A stretch of 64,000 nt of DNA from Octopus sinensis (GCF_006345805.1 NC_043004.1:35898001-35962000), one strand, 5' to 3'; positions 1 through 13,554 are shown, numbered from the stretch's first letter. Numbers and translations: made by a program. The notes: generated by a model from the sequence alone, not told the origin.

Positions 1-1117
1 TAATTTTTTATTCTGCTTTGTTAGACATGAGGTTCTCTCTCTCTCTCTCACACATCTCTCTCTCTCTCTTTCTCTCATCTCTCACTTTCTCCCCTCTCTC
101 TTTCTTTCTCTCTCTTTCTTGACATTGCACCCTGGTGGAAACATTGGCAAATAGTGTCTATGATCAATGATTAAATTACATCTGACATATTTTATTACTT
201 GTACTTAACATCAACGGGTTCTTTCTGTGGAATCAGTCAAAGAGTTCTTGGGATGAGGAGGTTTCTTGAACCAAAATGCATTTTCTCTCCAGTACATATT
301 ATGATTAAATCATAGTGAATGTTGCTTCAATTTCATTGGATCTAGGGTTCAAATACTTATGCTGGCCTTGTAGTGTATCTCTTAGTTAAACACTTGACTT
401 TAATGCATTTTTTAGAAAAAAACGTTTTAAGCTATTGCTCTTGTGAAATATCAATAAAGGCAATATATTCTACAACCGAGTACCTTACACTGATTGCAAT
501 AGGTTATTTGAAGAATAAAGTCTTGTTACACTTTATGTTATTGGTGTTGTAATACACTACTGGAAAAGATCTTATATTCTTCTTGGGTCTCATACATTGG
601 AAGTACATGAACTTCTTACAACATGCAGAATAAAAATTTGAAGCCAGCAGCCGGAAAACTCCCTGATTCTCTTTTCTAGTTAATCATAACATACAATACA
701 ATTGCAACTAGCATGCAGAATGTTCAGCATATGCTGCATCTATGAAGCCTCTGTAGTACTTTTTTTACCTCCTGCTCTTTGGCAGATTGTCCTATTATCT
801 TAACCAGTTGAGACTCTCTTAGAATTAAGTAAGTACTCAAGTGGATTAATTTTAACTTTAAGAACTAATATAAATGTTTAACTACACAAATAGCATCAGT
901 CTAATCTTGGAGTGGACACTTGGCCAAACGACAAAAGAAGACAGAAATTTGATGGTGAACACTTTGCTGTTGTTTTGTTATGTCTAATCTTTGATGAAAT
1001 AATTATGAAATCATTTCATCCCTTAACTCTGCTTTCCTACTGACAAGATAATGAGAGGCTAATATGATTCTATGTAAAAAGTAACAATGGAAAATACGTT
1101 TTAATAAGACTGGCAAA

Positions 1118-1340
1118 GAAGGTGGTGAGCCGGCAGAACGATGAGCTCACTGGACAAAGTGCTTAGCAGCACTTCATCCCTCTGGGTTCAAATTCCACAA
1201 GGATCAACTTTGCTTCTCATTCTTTCAGGGTCGATAAAATAAGTACTAGCCAAGCACTGAGGTCGATGTAATCGATCTCACCCCAATCCCCACCCCCACC
1301 CTGCCCTGAAACTGCTGGCTTTGTGCCAAAATTTGAAATT
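1118..1340 (+). mobile_element. tRNA-derived SINE, family B (AAGGCGGCGAGCTGGCAGAA head), diverged copy
   Basis: Head 'aaggtggtgagccggcagaa', B-box-like 'gggttcaaattcc', core 'ctttgcttctcattctttcagggtcgataaaataagtac', tail 'gctggctttgtgccaaaatttgaaa'. Homologous to many other copies in the window. Confidence 0.8.
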
Positions 1341-1954
1341 AAGAAGATTGGGAATGAACAGAATACTTTAAAACTTCCTTTCAGGTCAACATTATGAAAT
1401 AGATGTGAGTCAAAGAGTTTTGTCTTATGAATAAAGACACAGACAAGGTTGTACGGTCAATAAGTATGCTACAGTCGCAGTATATGACACTTTAGGTGTC
1501 TTCTAAAATAGCCCCAGGTCAACCGAAACCTTTTAAGTGAATTTGGTAAATGGAAAATAAAAGAAGCTTGTGTGTGTGTGTGTGTGTGTGTATGTTTGTG
1601 TGTGTGTGTGTGTGTATTTATCATTGCAAATTTAACGTCAAATTTTTCATGCTTGTATGGATCGGATGCAATTTATTGACCAGATTTTCTGCAGTCCTTT
1701 CTGTCCCCAATCTTCTGTTTCATAGAAAGATAATGTTTTCCCCCCACAGCCGGATATATTTTTGCAGAACATTGAAAGGGAATGACACTCGTACATGGAT
1801 GACAGTGACAGCCGTTTACACCTATCACATGACGTCAAAATAAGGAGACATACACACACACATACACACACACAATGGGCTTCTTTCAATTTCCATCTCA
1901 AAAGGATGTCTCAACTTTGCACATAGCACAAAAACAGAATAGAAAATACAAATA

Positions 1955-2135
1955 TACATACATACATACACATACATACATACATACATACATGCATACA
2001 TACATACATGCATGCATGCATACATACATACATACATACATACTTACATACATACATACATACACACATACATACATACATACATACATACATACATGCA
2101 TACATACATGCATGCATGCATACATACATACATAC

Positions 2136-2166
<31 letters not shown>

Positions 2167-2335
2167 CATACATACATACATACACACACACATACATACA
2201 TACATACATACATGCATGCATACATACATACATGCATGCATCCATCCATACATACATACATACATAAATACATACATACATACATACATACATACATACA
2301 TACATACATACATACATACATACATACATACACAT
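1955..2335. repeat. (TACA)n tetranucleotide microsatellite, ~380 bp
   Basis: Long run of tacatacataca with occasional tgca/tact variants; accounts for the HTYI/MYVC ORFs. Confidence 0.97.
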
Positions 2336-3425
2336 TATATATGTGTTATCTTTCTCTGATGTTTACTGGAAAATGTTATGAACACTGCTAGTAAAACACA
2401 AAGCCATTGGGTTTTTTTTAATGAAGTCACCAATGTACAACTGCTGCTGCTGCATAATTCTTTGTTAATTATAATCTGTACTTCTTACTCAATTGGTTTA
2501 CATTAGTAAGAAAGCAATTACCTCGATTATCAACACTGGAAGTTTGTTTCGTTTTTTTGTTTCCTTTTCTTTTTTTTTTCTCAGCCACTTTCTTGGAAAT
2601 ATAAGAATTGTGGTTGTTTGAGCAGCACTCTCAAGAAATTACCTCCAGTCAAAGAAGCAGTGAGCACAAGAGATTCTTTATTGCAGGAAGAAAGAAAGAT
2701 TTGTAGATGAAAGAATCTGATTAAGAATTAAATAAGCAAGGAAATGGATATTTTGTGTCAGAGGAAGTCAGTGAAATGAACTCTTGAAAGTATAAAGGAA
2801 AATTGTTGAAAACTCTCAGAGAAAAGCATCTCTGTGGTCAAATGACAACAGACAATTGTGGACAGAAAATATTTTGTGTCAACTTTGAATATTGAGCTGA
2901 AAGGGCCAGAATAATAGTTACATCTGGCTACAGTGCCAATTCCAAAGTTTCTCAAAGATCTCTGAATGGATTCTGTTAATTATAATTATTTATTTTAGGT
3001 TTATGTCAAAGCAGAACAATTGCCAGCTTTCTTTATTTGTTACTTTTACTTGCTGCTGTACATAATGGACAAATAATGATGCTGTCAATGATGGAGGAGG
3101 AGGAGGGGAATGAAGTGGAGGGGAATGACGGGGAAGAGGAGTACAGTAATGGCTTTTGTTGCTACTTACCCTCAGGTCAGCTTAACAGTTATCAAAAAGT
3201 GACCATCCAGCCATGACTATCCATTCTTTTCTCTTTTTTTTTTGTATTTTTCAGAAGCAATATTCTCAAGATCCTATCATCAAATGTATTTATTTTTAAA
3301 ACAACGAAGTGTAGGGTGGGGACTTGAAGAAAATTTGGCTGCTGATTCTGAAAGGTCTAGCTTCCACATAGAGGTATCTCTGTCTGTCTGCCTGTCTCTC
3401 TCACATGCATATATATATATATCTA

Positions 3426-3493
<68 letters not shown>

Positions 3494-3507
3494 GATATAT
3501 TTATATG

Positions 3508-4961
3508 CACATAAAAACACCATCCGAAGACCCGGCAAGACTAGTCAGGCCATAACCCATGGCCCCTACCTGGGACGTAGTCAGTCCACCTGTGCATACC
3601 TTCCTTCTTGTGACACTTGTGAAGACCTGTTGAGGCAAGTGAAAATCAAATCAAATCAAAACAAATCAAAATAGATGAACATCAATGGAATCTGTATCTT
3701 TGTGGTACCAGTGCCGGTGGCACACACTTTGTGGTACCAGTGCCGGTGGCACACATGAGAACCATCCGAACGTGGCCGTAGCCAGTTCCGCATCGACCGG
3801 CCTCCGTGCTGTGGGCACGTAACAAACACCATCCGATCATGGCCGTTCGCCAGCCTCATCTGGCACCTGTGTCGGTGGCACATAAAAACACCTTCCGAAG
3901 ACCCGGCAAGACTAGTCAGTCCACCTGTGCATACCTTCCTTCCTTCTTGTGACACTTGTGAAGACCGGTTGAGGCAAGTGAAAATCAAATCAAATCAAAT
4001 CAAAATAGACAAAATAGATGAACATCAATGGAATTTGTATCTTGTGGTACCAGTGCCTGTGGCACACAAGAAGTCCATCAGTGCCATAGTCAGTGCGGTG
4101 GGCACATGACAAACACCATCCGATCGTGGCCGTTCGCCAGCCTCATCTAGCACCTGTGTCGGTGGCACATAAAACACCATCCGAAGACCCGGCAAGACTA
4201 GTCAGGCCATAACCCATGGCCCCTACCTGGGACGTAGTCAGTCCACCTGTGCATACCTTCCTTCTTGTGACACTTGTGAAGACCTGTTGAGGCAAGTGAA
4301 AATCAAATCAAAATCAAATCAAATCAAATCAAAACAAATCAAATAGATGAACATCAATGGAATTTGTATCTTTGTGGTACCAGTGCCGGTGGCACGTGGC
4401 ACATAAGAAAACCATCCGAACGTGGCCGTAGCCAGTACCGCATCGACTGGCCTCCGTGCTGTGGGCATGTAACAAGCACCATCCGATCGTGGCCGTTTGC
4501 CAGCCTCATCTGGCACCTGTGTCGGTGGCACATAAAAACACCATCCGAGCGTGGCCGTCTGCCAGCCTCGTCTGGCACCTGTGTCGGTGGCACATAAAAA
4601 CACCATCCGAGCGTGGCCGTCTGCCAGCCTCGTCTGGCACCTGTGTCGGTGGCACATAAAAACACCATCCGAGCGTGGCCGTCTGCCAGCCTCGTCTGGC
4701 ACCTGTGTCGGTGGCACATAAAAACACCATCCGAGCGTGGCCGTTTCTCAGCCTCGTCTGGCACCTGTGTCGGTGGCACATAAAATCACCCACTACACTC
4801 TCGGAGTGGTTGGCGTTAGGAAGGGCATCCAGCTGTAGAAACACTGCCAGATCTGACTGGACTGGTGCAGCTTTCGGGCTCCCCAGACCCCAGTTGAACC
4901 GTCCAACCCATGCTAGCATGGAAAGCGGACGTTAAATGATGATGATGATGATGATGATGAT
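3508..4961 (+). mobile_element. RTE-LINE-associated 3' region with nested tandem repeats (~290-370 bp higher-order unit x3, ~60 bp unit x5) and (GAT)n tail
   Basis: Units starting 'cataaaaacaccatccgaagacccggcaagactagtcag' at ~3510, ~3881, ~4168, then 60-bp units to ~4785, then 'cactacactctcggagtggttggcgttaggaagggcatccagctgtagaaac...catgctagcatggaaagcggacgttaaatgatgatgat'. The same 3' terminus is attached to RTE ORF sequence at 7190-8735 and 43996-44760. Confidence 0.8.
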
Positions 4962-6178
4962 ATATATATATATAATATATATATATATTTATATATATAA
5001 GACAATAGAGTAGAATTTCAAAGGGATTTGAATGCTATTTCTCACAAGTCAAACAATAGCAGAGAGAGATAATTAATGATTAATAATGATGATGAGTAAT
5101 GATGATTATTAATGGTGAATAAGGAGAGCAATTTTACCTGTTGTTCCCCATTCTCTTGATTTTCTTTACCTGCAGCTGTTGACTTACAACTATTTAAAGG
5201 TTCCTTAAAATTCCATAGGTTTTAGAGAGTCTGTAAAGAGACAGAATTCTTCTTTACAAATAAAGTAAAAGTAATGAAGAGTCAAAGAAGGGCATGAATG
5301 GAAATGATTATCAGGCAATTGTCAAAGAGGAAGATTAAATATAAATTAGAAGAACGAAGAATCATAAAAGAGAAGAAGTGAAAGATGAGAAACCAACAGA
5401 AGGTGAGAATTTCAATGAAATGAGGACTACCATTTTGGTAAATAGCATCAAATGGATTTTGGGGTCTTGTCTTCTGAAAATCTGGATTACAGTCTAGCGT
5501 ATTCATTGATTTAGAGGTGGTTGGGGTAAAGTTGTATAACAAACATTTTATAATACAAAGAGAAAACAATATAAGGAAAATGAGCAAGAAGTTTCTCCTC
5601 TTTCAACTTCAGGTTGAAATTGCACTAAAAGAATGTTTTAAATGTTATTGGTCAGAACCCATTCACAATGGCACCTGATATTACCAACTATTTAATGAAA
5701 GGAACAGCAACAAAAAGAAATTTGGAAAAGTGCTTACATGTGCCACATAGAGAGGCATCGAAATAACACAGATAGATACAAAAGTTGCAGAACAAAACAT
5801 TCAGGTTCAAATAAATAATAATACACAAAGTAACTATATTGTAGAAGAGCCATTCTAAGAGTCCTAGGTTCAATTCCTAGACTGGAAGGTGCATCGTGTC
5901 CTTGTGTAAGACACTTTATTTCATGTTGCCACAGTCAACTCAGCTGAAAGCGGGCACCATCACTCTCTCTCACTCTCTCCTTTGAGCTGCTGGTGGAAGG
6001 ACAGGGCAGTCGAGCAGGTATCTATGTCCACTTGTGACTACACAGGAAACTAAACCAATTAGCAAAACCATAATACCAAGCCATACTCATAAAGCTCTTC
6101 ACTTTCAATTCAAATTCATTTTATGATTTATCAATATGTTCATATGTAAATTGCAGTTGTGCAATAAATTTAGACACC

Positions 6179-6580
6179 TCATCACCATCATCATCATCAT
6201 TTAACATCTGTTTTCTACAATGGCATGGGCTGGACGGTTTTATAGTAGGTGCCCAACCAAACAGTTGCATCAGGCCCCGATTGACATGGTTTCTCCCTAG
6301 TGCCAACCACTTTACAGAGTGTACTGGGTGCTTTTTATATGGCAGAAGCACTGGTGCTTCTTACATGGCACTGGAACAGGTGGCTTTCACATGGCACCAG
6401 AACAGGGGCTCTTTATGCGACAGCAAATCAGGTGCTTTTTATGTGACACCAACGGCCTTGAGTTTGAAAGACAAAGACCTTTCAGCTGAGAGAGGGAGTT
6501 GGGAGCATGGTCATGATTTTGCTTAGCTTGATATGTCTCTCCATGAGGCCCAACGTCTGAAGACCCCTTTCTCACCACTT
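6179..6580 (-). mobile_element. RTE 3' end fragment, diverged
   Basis: (CAT)n + 'ttaacatctgttttc...gccaaccactttacagagtgtactgggtgctttttatatggca', then the RTE ORF end on the minus strand ('VRKGSSDVGPHG'). Confidence 0.7.
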
Positions 6581-7189
6581 CATTCCTTCACAATTAGAGA
6601 TAGGCACTTCCTTATGCAGCCATCTTCATCCATAAACATCACACCTCATGAAATAAGTCTTAATTTAAAGGTTAAATTGGCTTACAGTGTAGATCTCAAA
6701 GTTAAAGTAGAATTCCTGAGAATATTCACTCAAAAAAAAAAAACAAATAGAAAAAGAACCAAATGTATGATTTAGACAAAATCCCTCAGAATTAAACATT
6801 AGCCTAAACTTCAAAGAAGCAAGGAATGTATGATTGGTAAATGTAACAAGAACAATTGCTGCATAAATTATGATAAAGCAGAATACAAACAATAATGTCT
6901 AAAAACAAAAAATACAACATGGAAACTCACAAGATTGATAAGGTGTGGAAATAGAGAGGAAAGAAGTAGAAAATTAATTAAGATGTACAGAATAAGAAAT
7001 CAAGATAGTATTTATTTGGATCTCATGGCGAAGACAAGTTTCAGAATTACTTAACTGCAAGGCATCTGGAACCAAATGGACTGTAAGGACTCTGGCTAAA
7101 GAATATTAAAAGACCCACACACAGAGTTATCAAACCTCTTCAGAGAGGAAGTATCCAAAATTATATTACTAAAGGCAAGATAACATTTA

Positions 7190-8735
7190 ATCATCATCAC
7201 CATTTAACATCCGCTTTCCCTGCTGGCATAGGTTGAATGGTTTGACTGAGGGCTGGCAAGCCAGAAGGCTGTACCAGGCTCCAATCTGAACTGGCAAGGT
7301 TTCTATAGCTGGATGCCCTTACTAATGCCAACCACTCCAAGCATGTAGTGGGTGCTTTTTACATCCCACTGGCATGAGGGCCAGTCAGGTAGTTCTAGCA
7401 TCGACCATGCTTCAATAATGCTTTTTACATGCCACCAGCATGAGAGCCAGTCAGGCGGCATTGGCAACAACCGCGCTTAAATGGTGCTTTTTACATGCTA
7501 CTGGCATGGGAACCAGTCAGGTGGCACTGGCAATAACCATGGTCAAATAGTACTTTTTATATGCCACCAGCACAAGAGCCAATCAGGCGGTACCTGGCAT
7601 CAGCCACAACAATGATTTCACTTGACTCAACTGGTTTTCTCAAGCACAATTTATTGCGCAATGATTGAAGGGTACTCTTAAATGGGCTGGTTATGCAACA
7701 CTGGCATAGGCCACCCTCATGAGACCCAACGTTTGAAGGTGCTGCTTCACCACCTCGTTCCAGATCTTCCTAGGCCTATCTCTTCCACAGGTTCCCTCTA
7801 CTGCTAGGGTGTGACACTTTTTCACACAGCTACCCTCATCCAGAATTCAACATATGACCATACCAGTGCAGTCATCTCTCTTGCACACCACATCTGATGC
7901 TTCTTATGTCCAATTTTTCTCTCAGGGTGCTTAAACTTTTTCATGTATGCACACTGTTATTGCATATCCAGCAAAGCATACTTGCAAGCTTACACATGTC
8001 CTCAGCAATCACAGCCCATGTTTCACTGCCATGTAGTATGCTTGTTCGCACACATGCATCATACAATCTACCTTTCACTCTGAGCAAGAGACCCCTTGTT
8101 ACCAACAGAGGTAGGAGTTCTCTGAACTTTGCCCAAACTGTTCTTATTGTAGTAGCCCTACTCTTAAAACATCAACCCCCACTACTGACTTGGTCACTTA
8201 GGTAGCGGAAGCCATCAACTACTTCTAGTTTTTCCCTCTGGCAAGTGACAGAAGCTGTTTTCTGTACATTTTCAGGGTTTATTGCCCCTGAGTATTTGTG
8301 ACACACAAAAACTATCTTCCCATTTAGCCTTACTTTGATATTGCTGCTCTTCTTATGTGTCCATAGCTTACACTGTGTACATCTTGTGGAGTTTCTACCC
8401 ATGCCTTTTCTACAGATCGAGCAGGGCCATCTACCCGAAGGGATTTGTCTGCCTTCGTACTTAATAGGACTTTGTTTTTTGCTAGATTGACTCTAAGGCC
8501 CTTTGATTCAACACCTTGCTTCCCTTCCACACATAAAACTTCTCTAGTTCTGGTAGTGACTCAGAAATTAGAACAAGATCATCAACATAGAGAAGCTCTC
8601 AGGGCATCATGTCTTGAATCCCTCTGTTATTGCCTGGAGGGGGATGATGAATAAGAGGGGGATGAGGACTGATCTTTGGTGAACCCCAACCTCTACCCAG
8701 AATTCTTCACTATATTCGTTGCCAACCCTCACCAA
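7190..8735 (-). mobile_element. 5'-truncated, degenerate RTE-clade LINE (RT C-terminal half + 3' UTR with repeat array)
   Basis: Minus-strand frames: 'EYSEEFWVEVGVHQRSVLIPLLFII' (RT motif 4), degenerate 'LYVDDL' (motif 5), 'GVESKGLRVNLAKNKVL', 'CTQCKLWTHK', 'LEVVDGFRYLSDQVSSGG'. Followed by 3' UTR repeats and a (GAT)n tail. Confidence 0.9.
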
Positions 8736-8829
8736 AAGTCTCACACTAAAGATCAATAACTTGTTTATTATTACAATGGAAATTGTAAACGAGTTTGCTT
8801 GTGGATAAGATGTATGCACACAAGAAAGA

Positions 8830-10170
8830 ACAGATCTTATTTCCTAATGAATAGAAATGGTGTTAGAGAAATTCAGGACGGATGAAAAGCCAGCTGTTAA
8901 CACAGTTATGATAAGAAATTATTAAAAATGACAAACTAATTGGACAATAAGATAGATCTATTGCTAGAGAGCAAATGATATGGTCCCTTACTGTTTGGTT
9001 TTGGAGACTCTCAATGAAGATAATTGATAGGAACGGGAAGTTATGAAATACAACCTACTACAAGAGGAGATAGACTTGGATAGGTTAAAATAGATCAGAG
9101 CATTTTCCAACATGATTGCCTATCACCGTTATTCTTTGTCATTGCTCTTCTACATCTTCTACAGGCGCAGGAGTGGCTGTGTGGTAAGTAGCTTGTTTAC
9201 CAACCACATGGTTCCGGGTTCATTCCCACTGCGTGGCACCTTGGGCAAGTGTCTTCTACTATAGCCTCGGGCCGACTAAAGCCTTGTGAGTGGATTTGGT
9301 AGACGGAAACTGAAAGAAGCCCGTCGTATATATGTATATATATGTATGTGCGTGTATGTTTGTGTGTCTGTGTTTGTCCCCCTAGCATTGCTTGACAACC
9401 GATGCTGGTGTGTTTATGTCCCCGTTACTTAGCGGTTCGGCAAAAGAGACCGATAGAATAAGTACTGGGCTTACAAAAGAATAAGTCCCGGTGTCGAGTT
9501 GCTCGATTAAAGGTGGTGCTCCAGCATGGCCGCAGTCAAATGACTGAAACAAGTAAAAGAGTAAAAGAGTAAAGAGTATCTCTGTCTTTAGAGTTTAAGA
9601 AGAAACTAGGAAATAGTTAACCACTGCTTATTCATAGATGACCTAAACTTGTATTGAGAGAGAATTGGATGCTTTTGTCAGTTTAGTAAGAGTGTTTAGG
9701 AATGACATGACAATGGGATCAGGGATTTCTGAGCATGGGGTCTTTTGATAAAAAAAAGTACTTGGTAGAGTAAAAGTGATTGAATAAATCTACAAAATGA
9801 AGAAAAGATAAAAGGAATTGACAGAGATGTGGATATAAATATCTAGAAGATTTAAAGGCCGATGGTATAACGGATGGAATGATGAGAGGCAGAAATCAAG
9901 AGAGAATGTTTCCAGTGAGTAAAGAGGATATTAAAATCCAAACGCAATGGCATAAATATTGTTATTGCCATAAACTCAAAAGCAGTATCAACCATCAAAT
10001 TTTGTAAGAGAAGAATCAAATGAATAAAGGAAGTTCTTGAGGAAGTAAAGAGAGGAATTGATGAGAGTCTTTTGATACATCTATTGTCAGATGTTGACTG
10101 AAAATACCAGACGAGAAGCTAAGTATGGATGGCTAAGTTCAGGAGTAAAGCCAGAGTTTGAGAAAGTATG
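8830..10170 (+). mobile_element. Degenerate R4/Dong-like (RLE-class) LINE reverse transcriptase fragment, split by a SINE
   Basis: Manual translation: 'LFPNE*KWC*RNSGRMKSQLL', 'ANDMVPYCLVLETL', 'VKIDQSIFQHDCLSPLFFVIALL', then after the SINE 'VNHCLFIDDLNLY', 'ELDAFVSLVRVFRNDMTMGSGIS', 'GYKYLE', 'KRILKSKRNGINIVIAINSKAV'. These match R4-clade RT motifs as I recall them (GIFQGDSLSPLLF; NHLLFMDDLKLY). Confidence 0.8.
9163..9577 (+). mobile_element. tRNA-derived SINE, family A, near full length
   Basis: Head 'ggcgcaggagtggctgtgtggtaagtagc...ggttccgggttcattccc' (A/B boxes), central 'gcaccttgggcaagtgtcttctactatagcc', internal (TA)/(TG) tract, tail (AGTAAAAG)n. Confidence 0.9.
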
Positions 10171-13145
10171 CCCTTGACTGGTGATTATTGACGTCTGGAA
10201 GAATGGAATGGTAAGTGAAATTTGTAGGATTTGAACTTAAAATATAATGCAATTCAACAAAAGAGAGAAAAATGTTATTGTGGGCAGCACTTTTATTAAT
10301 TGCACATTCTACCACACTTGCAAAAGTAATAATAATAGCAATTTTTTTTTCTTTGGTATAATCTTTAAACTTTTAGGCATGTGTCAATTTGAATCAGACA
10401 TGCCTTTCTCAAAGGAACTATTGATGTTAATAGAAAGGAAGCCAAAAAAAATTAAAAAAAAGGAAAAGAATGAGAAAAAAACAGAAAAGAAAGAAGAAAG
10501 TATGAAAGCACACTTATAAGATCAGTTAGTCTAGAAGTTGCTACCACAAACAACATATTCTGCAATTCAAAAAGAAATTTCATAAGTATATAGAAAACAC
10601 AAACTAAAAACCCCTTTGTTGTAAACAGTGATAAGAATTCTCTGAACTTACTACACCCTAACCATTATGCTCTGATTATCTCTCACTTCAGCTCTCATAC
10701 ACACACACACACACACACTATTTCTATCATGATGTACTAGTCTAAAGATTATAGCTGCTGATTCTCTTATCTATTCAAGAATTTCTAATGTAACTTGACT
10801 TTGTGATGCAGTCAAAGTGTTAGAGAGATCCCATAGCATCTTTTGTCAGCCTATTGTCTACTTTCAGCTTCACAGGATACAATCCCTGCATACTACTTTC
10901 TTCCATACAATACAAGTTCAGTTCCTTCAAGTTATTGGGCTTTTCTGGCTCCTCAAGCAGACACTAGACACAAGATCAAAAGGCTGGTGTCTCTAAATTA
11001 TAAAGAGCCATCCTCAAGCTATAAACATTATTACGCTTCCTCTGTCAGACTGGGTATCTTTCACTATGTACATATTATGAATAATAACAAAAATATTCCT
11101 CTTACGCTGCAACTGTAGGCACATAGGTATGTATGTACGGTATAGGGATGCTTCTACTGGTGTATGTGGATGTGTGCATGAATGAATATATGCATGAAAT
11201 ATGTTTTTACGTGTGTATGCAAAAGTGTATGAATGTAGGCATGCGTATATATGTATGTGCATGTGTAAGAGAATATACATGTGTGTTGTATTCATATGTG
11301 CATATAATTCTAAAACATAAAGGTTTATGTGTGTTTGCAAGAGTGCATTAATAAATAGAAATATTTTTGTTCTTATATGCAAATGTATGTAAGGAAAAAT
11401 ATCTTTGAGTATGTGAGTAGTTTGCTATAGTTACACACACACACACACATATATATACATACATATATACAGAGAGAGAGAGAGAGAGAGAGATGTGCAT
11501 ATGCATGCATACACATATTAGTCAATGAAAGTTGATGTGCCTATCTGCGTGCATTGTAAGTGAATAAAAACAATGAATTAGAAAGAAATAATCATTTTGA
11601 TACAAAGTTGATTTGCTGTATTTTTTACTTTATTAAAAACAGGTTCAGAAGAATCCGCCATCCCAATAAAATAGAATAAATTGAAGTAAAAACACAATGA
11701 AATCTAAACTATAATCATAGAAAATGAAACGGTTTTTAAGTTATGAGAAGATTAAGCTCAAAGACTAAATTCTGGACGGATTTGACTTTTTTGTTGGATT
11801 TTTCTTTTTTCCATTAAAGGAGGACAACACTATTAAAAGATGTTAAAGCAGAAAAATATTACATCACTTTTGTTGAAGAATTCTAAGTCACATCAACTAA
11901 GATTAGAAGTAAGAGCAGCAGGGAGGAGAGGGGGAAGGATTTAGCAAATGTTAAAATGGTACATTTTGGGGTGGCGTTATTTTTTAATGTATCTAGAGTT
12001 TTTGGAGAGAAGATATAAATTTGGGAATAAGAAATAAAAATGATTAAGAAAAATGAAGTTAGCTGCAAGTCAGATAATATTTTTTTTTTTCTCTTTTATT
12101 TGTTGGAGAAACATGCAAGAGTTAAGTATTTGTACTTTTAACTTGAAACATGTGCACATGCATGTGTGTGTGTGAATGTGTGTATATATACTTACATACA
12201 TGCATACATACACTCACGCACTCACACACACACACATATACAAATGTATGTGTGCACATGTCTGTATTTATTATATATATATATATGTATATACATACAT
12301 ACACATATATAACTTTGTGGGTGTTTGTGCATGTGTGTGTAAGCGTATATATTTATATGAGTGTATTAGTAAGGTTGTCACAATCTCGTGCCTAAGTCTT
12401 GCATATGCAGAATGTGTTCCTGTAATCTAGCACACTTACATAAATAGTTACACACTTACATTCACATACATGAATAGTTATACATCTCTTCACTCATGGA
12501 AACATTCACTCTCTTACACACACATTGACAGACTTATATACCTACAGTCGCACACATTAAATATTTATATACACACACACACACCAGTTTTTTTTATACA
12601 TAATACAAATGCACTTTCCTCTTTTCCTTATTTCTGCATGCTTAGATAAAGTCAATCTTTTATTCAATTTTTTTTCAAATCTTCCATAAAATGCAAACGT
12701 TTTTGTTTTTTATTCAAATAGAATGTTTTTTTGTTCAAGGACAGAAAATATTACGGCACGAAACACAGGCAGACATCTTCATTCTTATTTTCAGCACTTC
12801 ACTTGCTTGTTTAACGATCATATATTACATAAGATGAAGAAATTGGTTTTTACACAGTAAATTTTGTGTTAATTCTACCAATGTTTTATTCTGAGTATTA
12901 TCAGTGAACTTTCCAGTTGCTCTTTCTCCTATTTTATAATTTATTTCATCTGCTTTCATCATCAAACTTTATGACTTTTGGTCAGGAAAAAGCCATTTCC
13001 ACTTTCAAATTTCTGCAATCACTGAGAAGTTTTTTTTATAAAGAAGGGGAAATAACTATGTTGATGTACTTAGTACAGAGAGATGAGCAATTAAAATATG
13101 TAAAATTGATCTTATTGTGCCCTAAATATGATGCATTCTTTAATG

Positions 13146-13480
13146 GGTAAAAATGGTAAAGATCCCCTTTGGTCATGAATGACCATGGAATTGCACCTAG
13201 AAAGTTCCCTCCCAAGGCATAAGTCCAGGCAAGCTTGTTTATGGGAGACCAGCAGTTGCCATGCATACCAGCACACACACACCTCTGATGTTATCCAAGG
13301 GAAAGGCAAAGGCTGATACAGCTTGGCACCAGTGATGTTGCAACCTATTTCTATGGCTGAATGAATTGGAGCAACATGAAATAAAGTGTCTTGCTCAAGG
13401 TCACAACATACAGCCCAGTCTGGGAATCAAACTCATTACCTCATGATTGTGAGTCTGACACTCTAACCACTGAGCCATGG
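13146..13480 (-). mobile_element. tRNA-derived SINE, family C, near full length
   Basis: Minus-strand head 'catggctcagtggttagagtgtcagactcacaatcatgagg..gagtttgattccc', CORE-like 'ccttgagcaagacactttatttca', tail ending 'ggatctttaccatttttacc'. Partial copies at ~5850-5950, ~19428-19545 and ~51560-51865. Confidence 0.8.
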
Positions 13481-13554
13481 GAACTATTATGGGGGAAAAA
13501 ATGTCTGTTGTTATTTTAAAAGATAAAGACAACAACATATTGTTTCTAACAGGC

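Noticed and set aside
1550-2391. Many overlapping ORFs (HTYI/MYVC repeats); likewise 32294-33031, 35426-35876, 37459-37927, 62224-62701
   Set aside because: Translations of (TACA)n, (TA)n/(CA)n or (TTA)n microsatellites that happen to lack stops.
4319-4935. 132-141 aa repetitive ORFs
   Set aside because: They arise from the 60-bp tandem unit, are open on several frames and have no domain features.
9163-9240. tRNA-like A/B boxes (also other SINE heads)
   Set aside because: No complete cloverleaf seen; each continues into a SINE body.
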